A DNA stretch of 64,000 bases from a virus, in IMG/VR virus record IMGVR_UViG_3300017971_000275, positions 9,300-73,299 of that record; one strand, written 5' to 3'. Shown here one piece after another: positions 63,700-64,000 of the stretch. The notes under the pieces are model-generated. The model did no database searches and was not told where the DNA came from. It saw only the letters and a program-made list of their open reading frames with translations. The position numbers and the translations under genes were made by a program. Numbering within the stretch: position 1 is the stretch's first letter; each line of letters opens with the position of its first letter.

Positions 63700-64000
63700 C
63701 CTACTTCCACAAAGATACTATCGTCTGCCCCTAGCTTGCTTAACAAGGCAAAATACCGTGCCCTATATTTCTGCGGACACAAAATCGATAATGTAATAGT
63801 GCCGTAAAGAAGCTTGCGCGTCCTTTTATTTTTCTTTGATTTAGGAGCCTTATTTAACTGAGGAGCGTAAAAATACACTCTTGGGATGCCCAACGCTTTA
63901 GACCACCAAGACTCGATTTCATCATACGTCAAACCATTGTTCAAATACACATGCACAGCGCAGCGCAAGTCAGATGGAGGAACGTTCAGTATCTCTACGA
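63696..64000 (-). CDS. Partial (C-terminal) paralogue of the 54446..55183 LAGLIDADG-like protein
   Basis: LNNG.(T/S)Y.E.E..WS...GIP...F..P...L.YG shared with 54446..55183. Confidence 0.7.
   Translation of the reverse strand, partial: VEILNVPPSDLRCAVHVYLNNGLTYDEIESWWSKALGIPRVYFYAPQLNKAPKSKKNKRTRKLLYGTITLSILCPQKYRARYFALLSKLGADDSIFVEVG

Noticed and set aside
1-64000. Stop-codon reassignment
   Set aside because: Genes tile densely under the standard code, TAG, TGA and TAA all end recognisable proteins, and no suppressor tRNA was seen

Overview
The window is a segment of a large (jumbo-type) dsDNA tailed phage genome, about 53% GC, using the standard genetic code. From 1 to 9.2 kb there is a + strand block of mostly hypothetical genes that includes thymidylate kinase. 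From 9.2 to 43 kb a long - strand block holds ThyX, a degenerate 3'-5' exonuclease, a divergent sigma-like protein and a head-morphogenesis module (terminase large subunit, portal, scaffold-like protein, prohead protease, major capsid protein), plus many probable head or internal proteins that share a short sequence motif. From 43 to 64 kb an accessory and tRNA region holds seven tRNA genes (five Leu), HNH and LAGLIDADG-like nucleases, ART-like proteins and an RNA-ligase-like gene. The most notable locus is 46.1-52.3 kb. It has an ARPP-like + TROVE/Ro60-like vWA operon and an intact TnpB whose omega-RNA-like 3' end runs directly into a degenerate type I-E-like CRISPR array. It also has six related Y-RNA-like stem RNAs, five of which carry a tRNA mimic, three of them circularly permuted. 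Other notable items are a ~284-nt ncRNA built on the 23S rRNA L11-binding (GTPase-associated centre) motif and an internally deleted second portal paralogue. All family assignments come from motif recognition by eye; no database searches were run.
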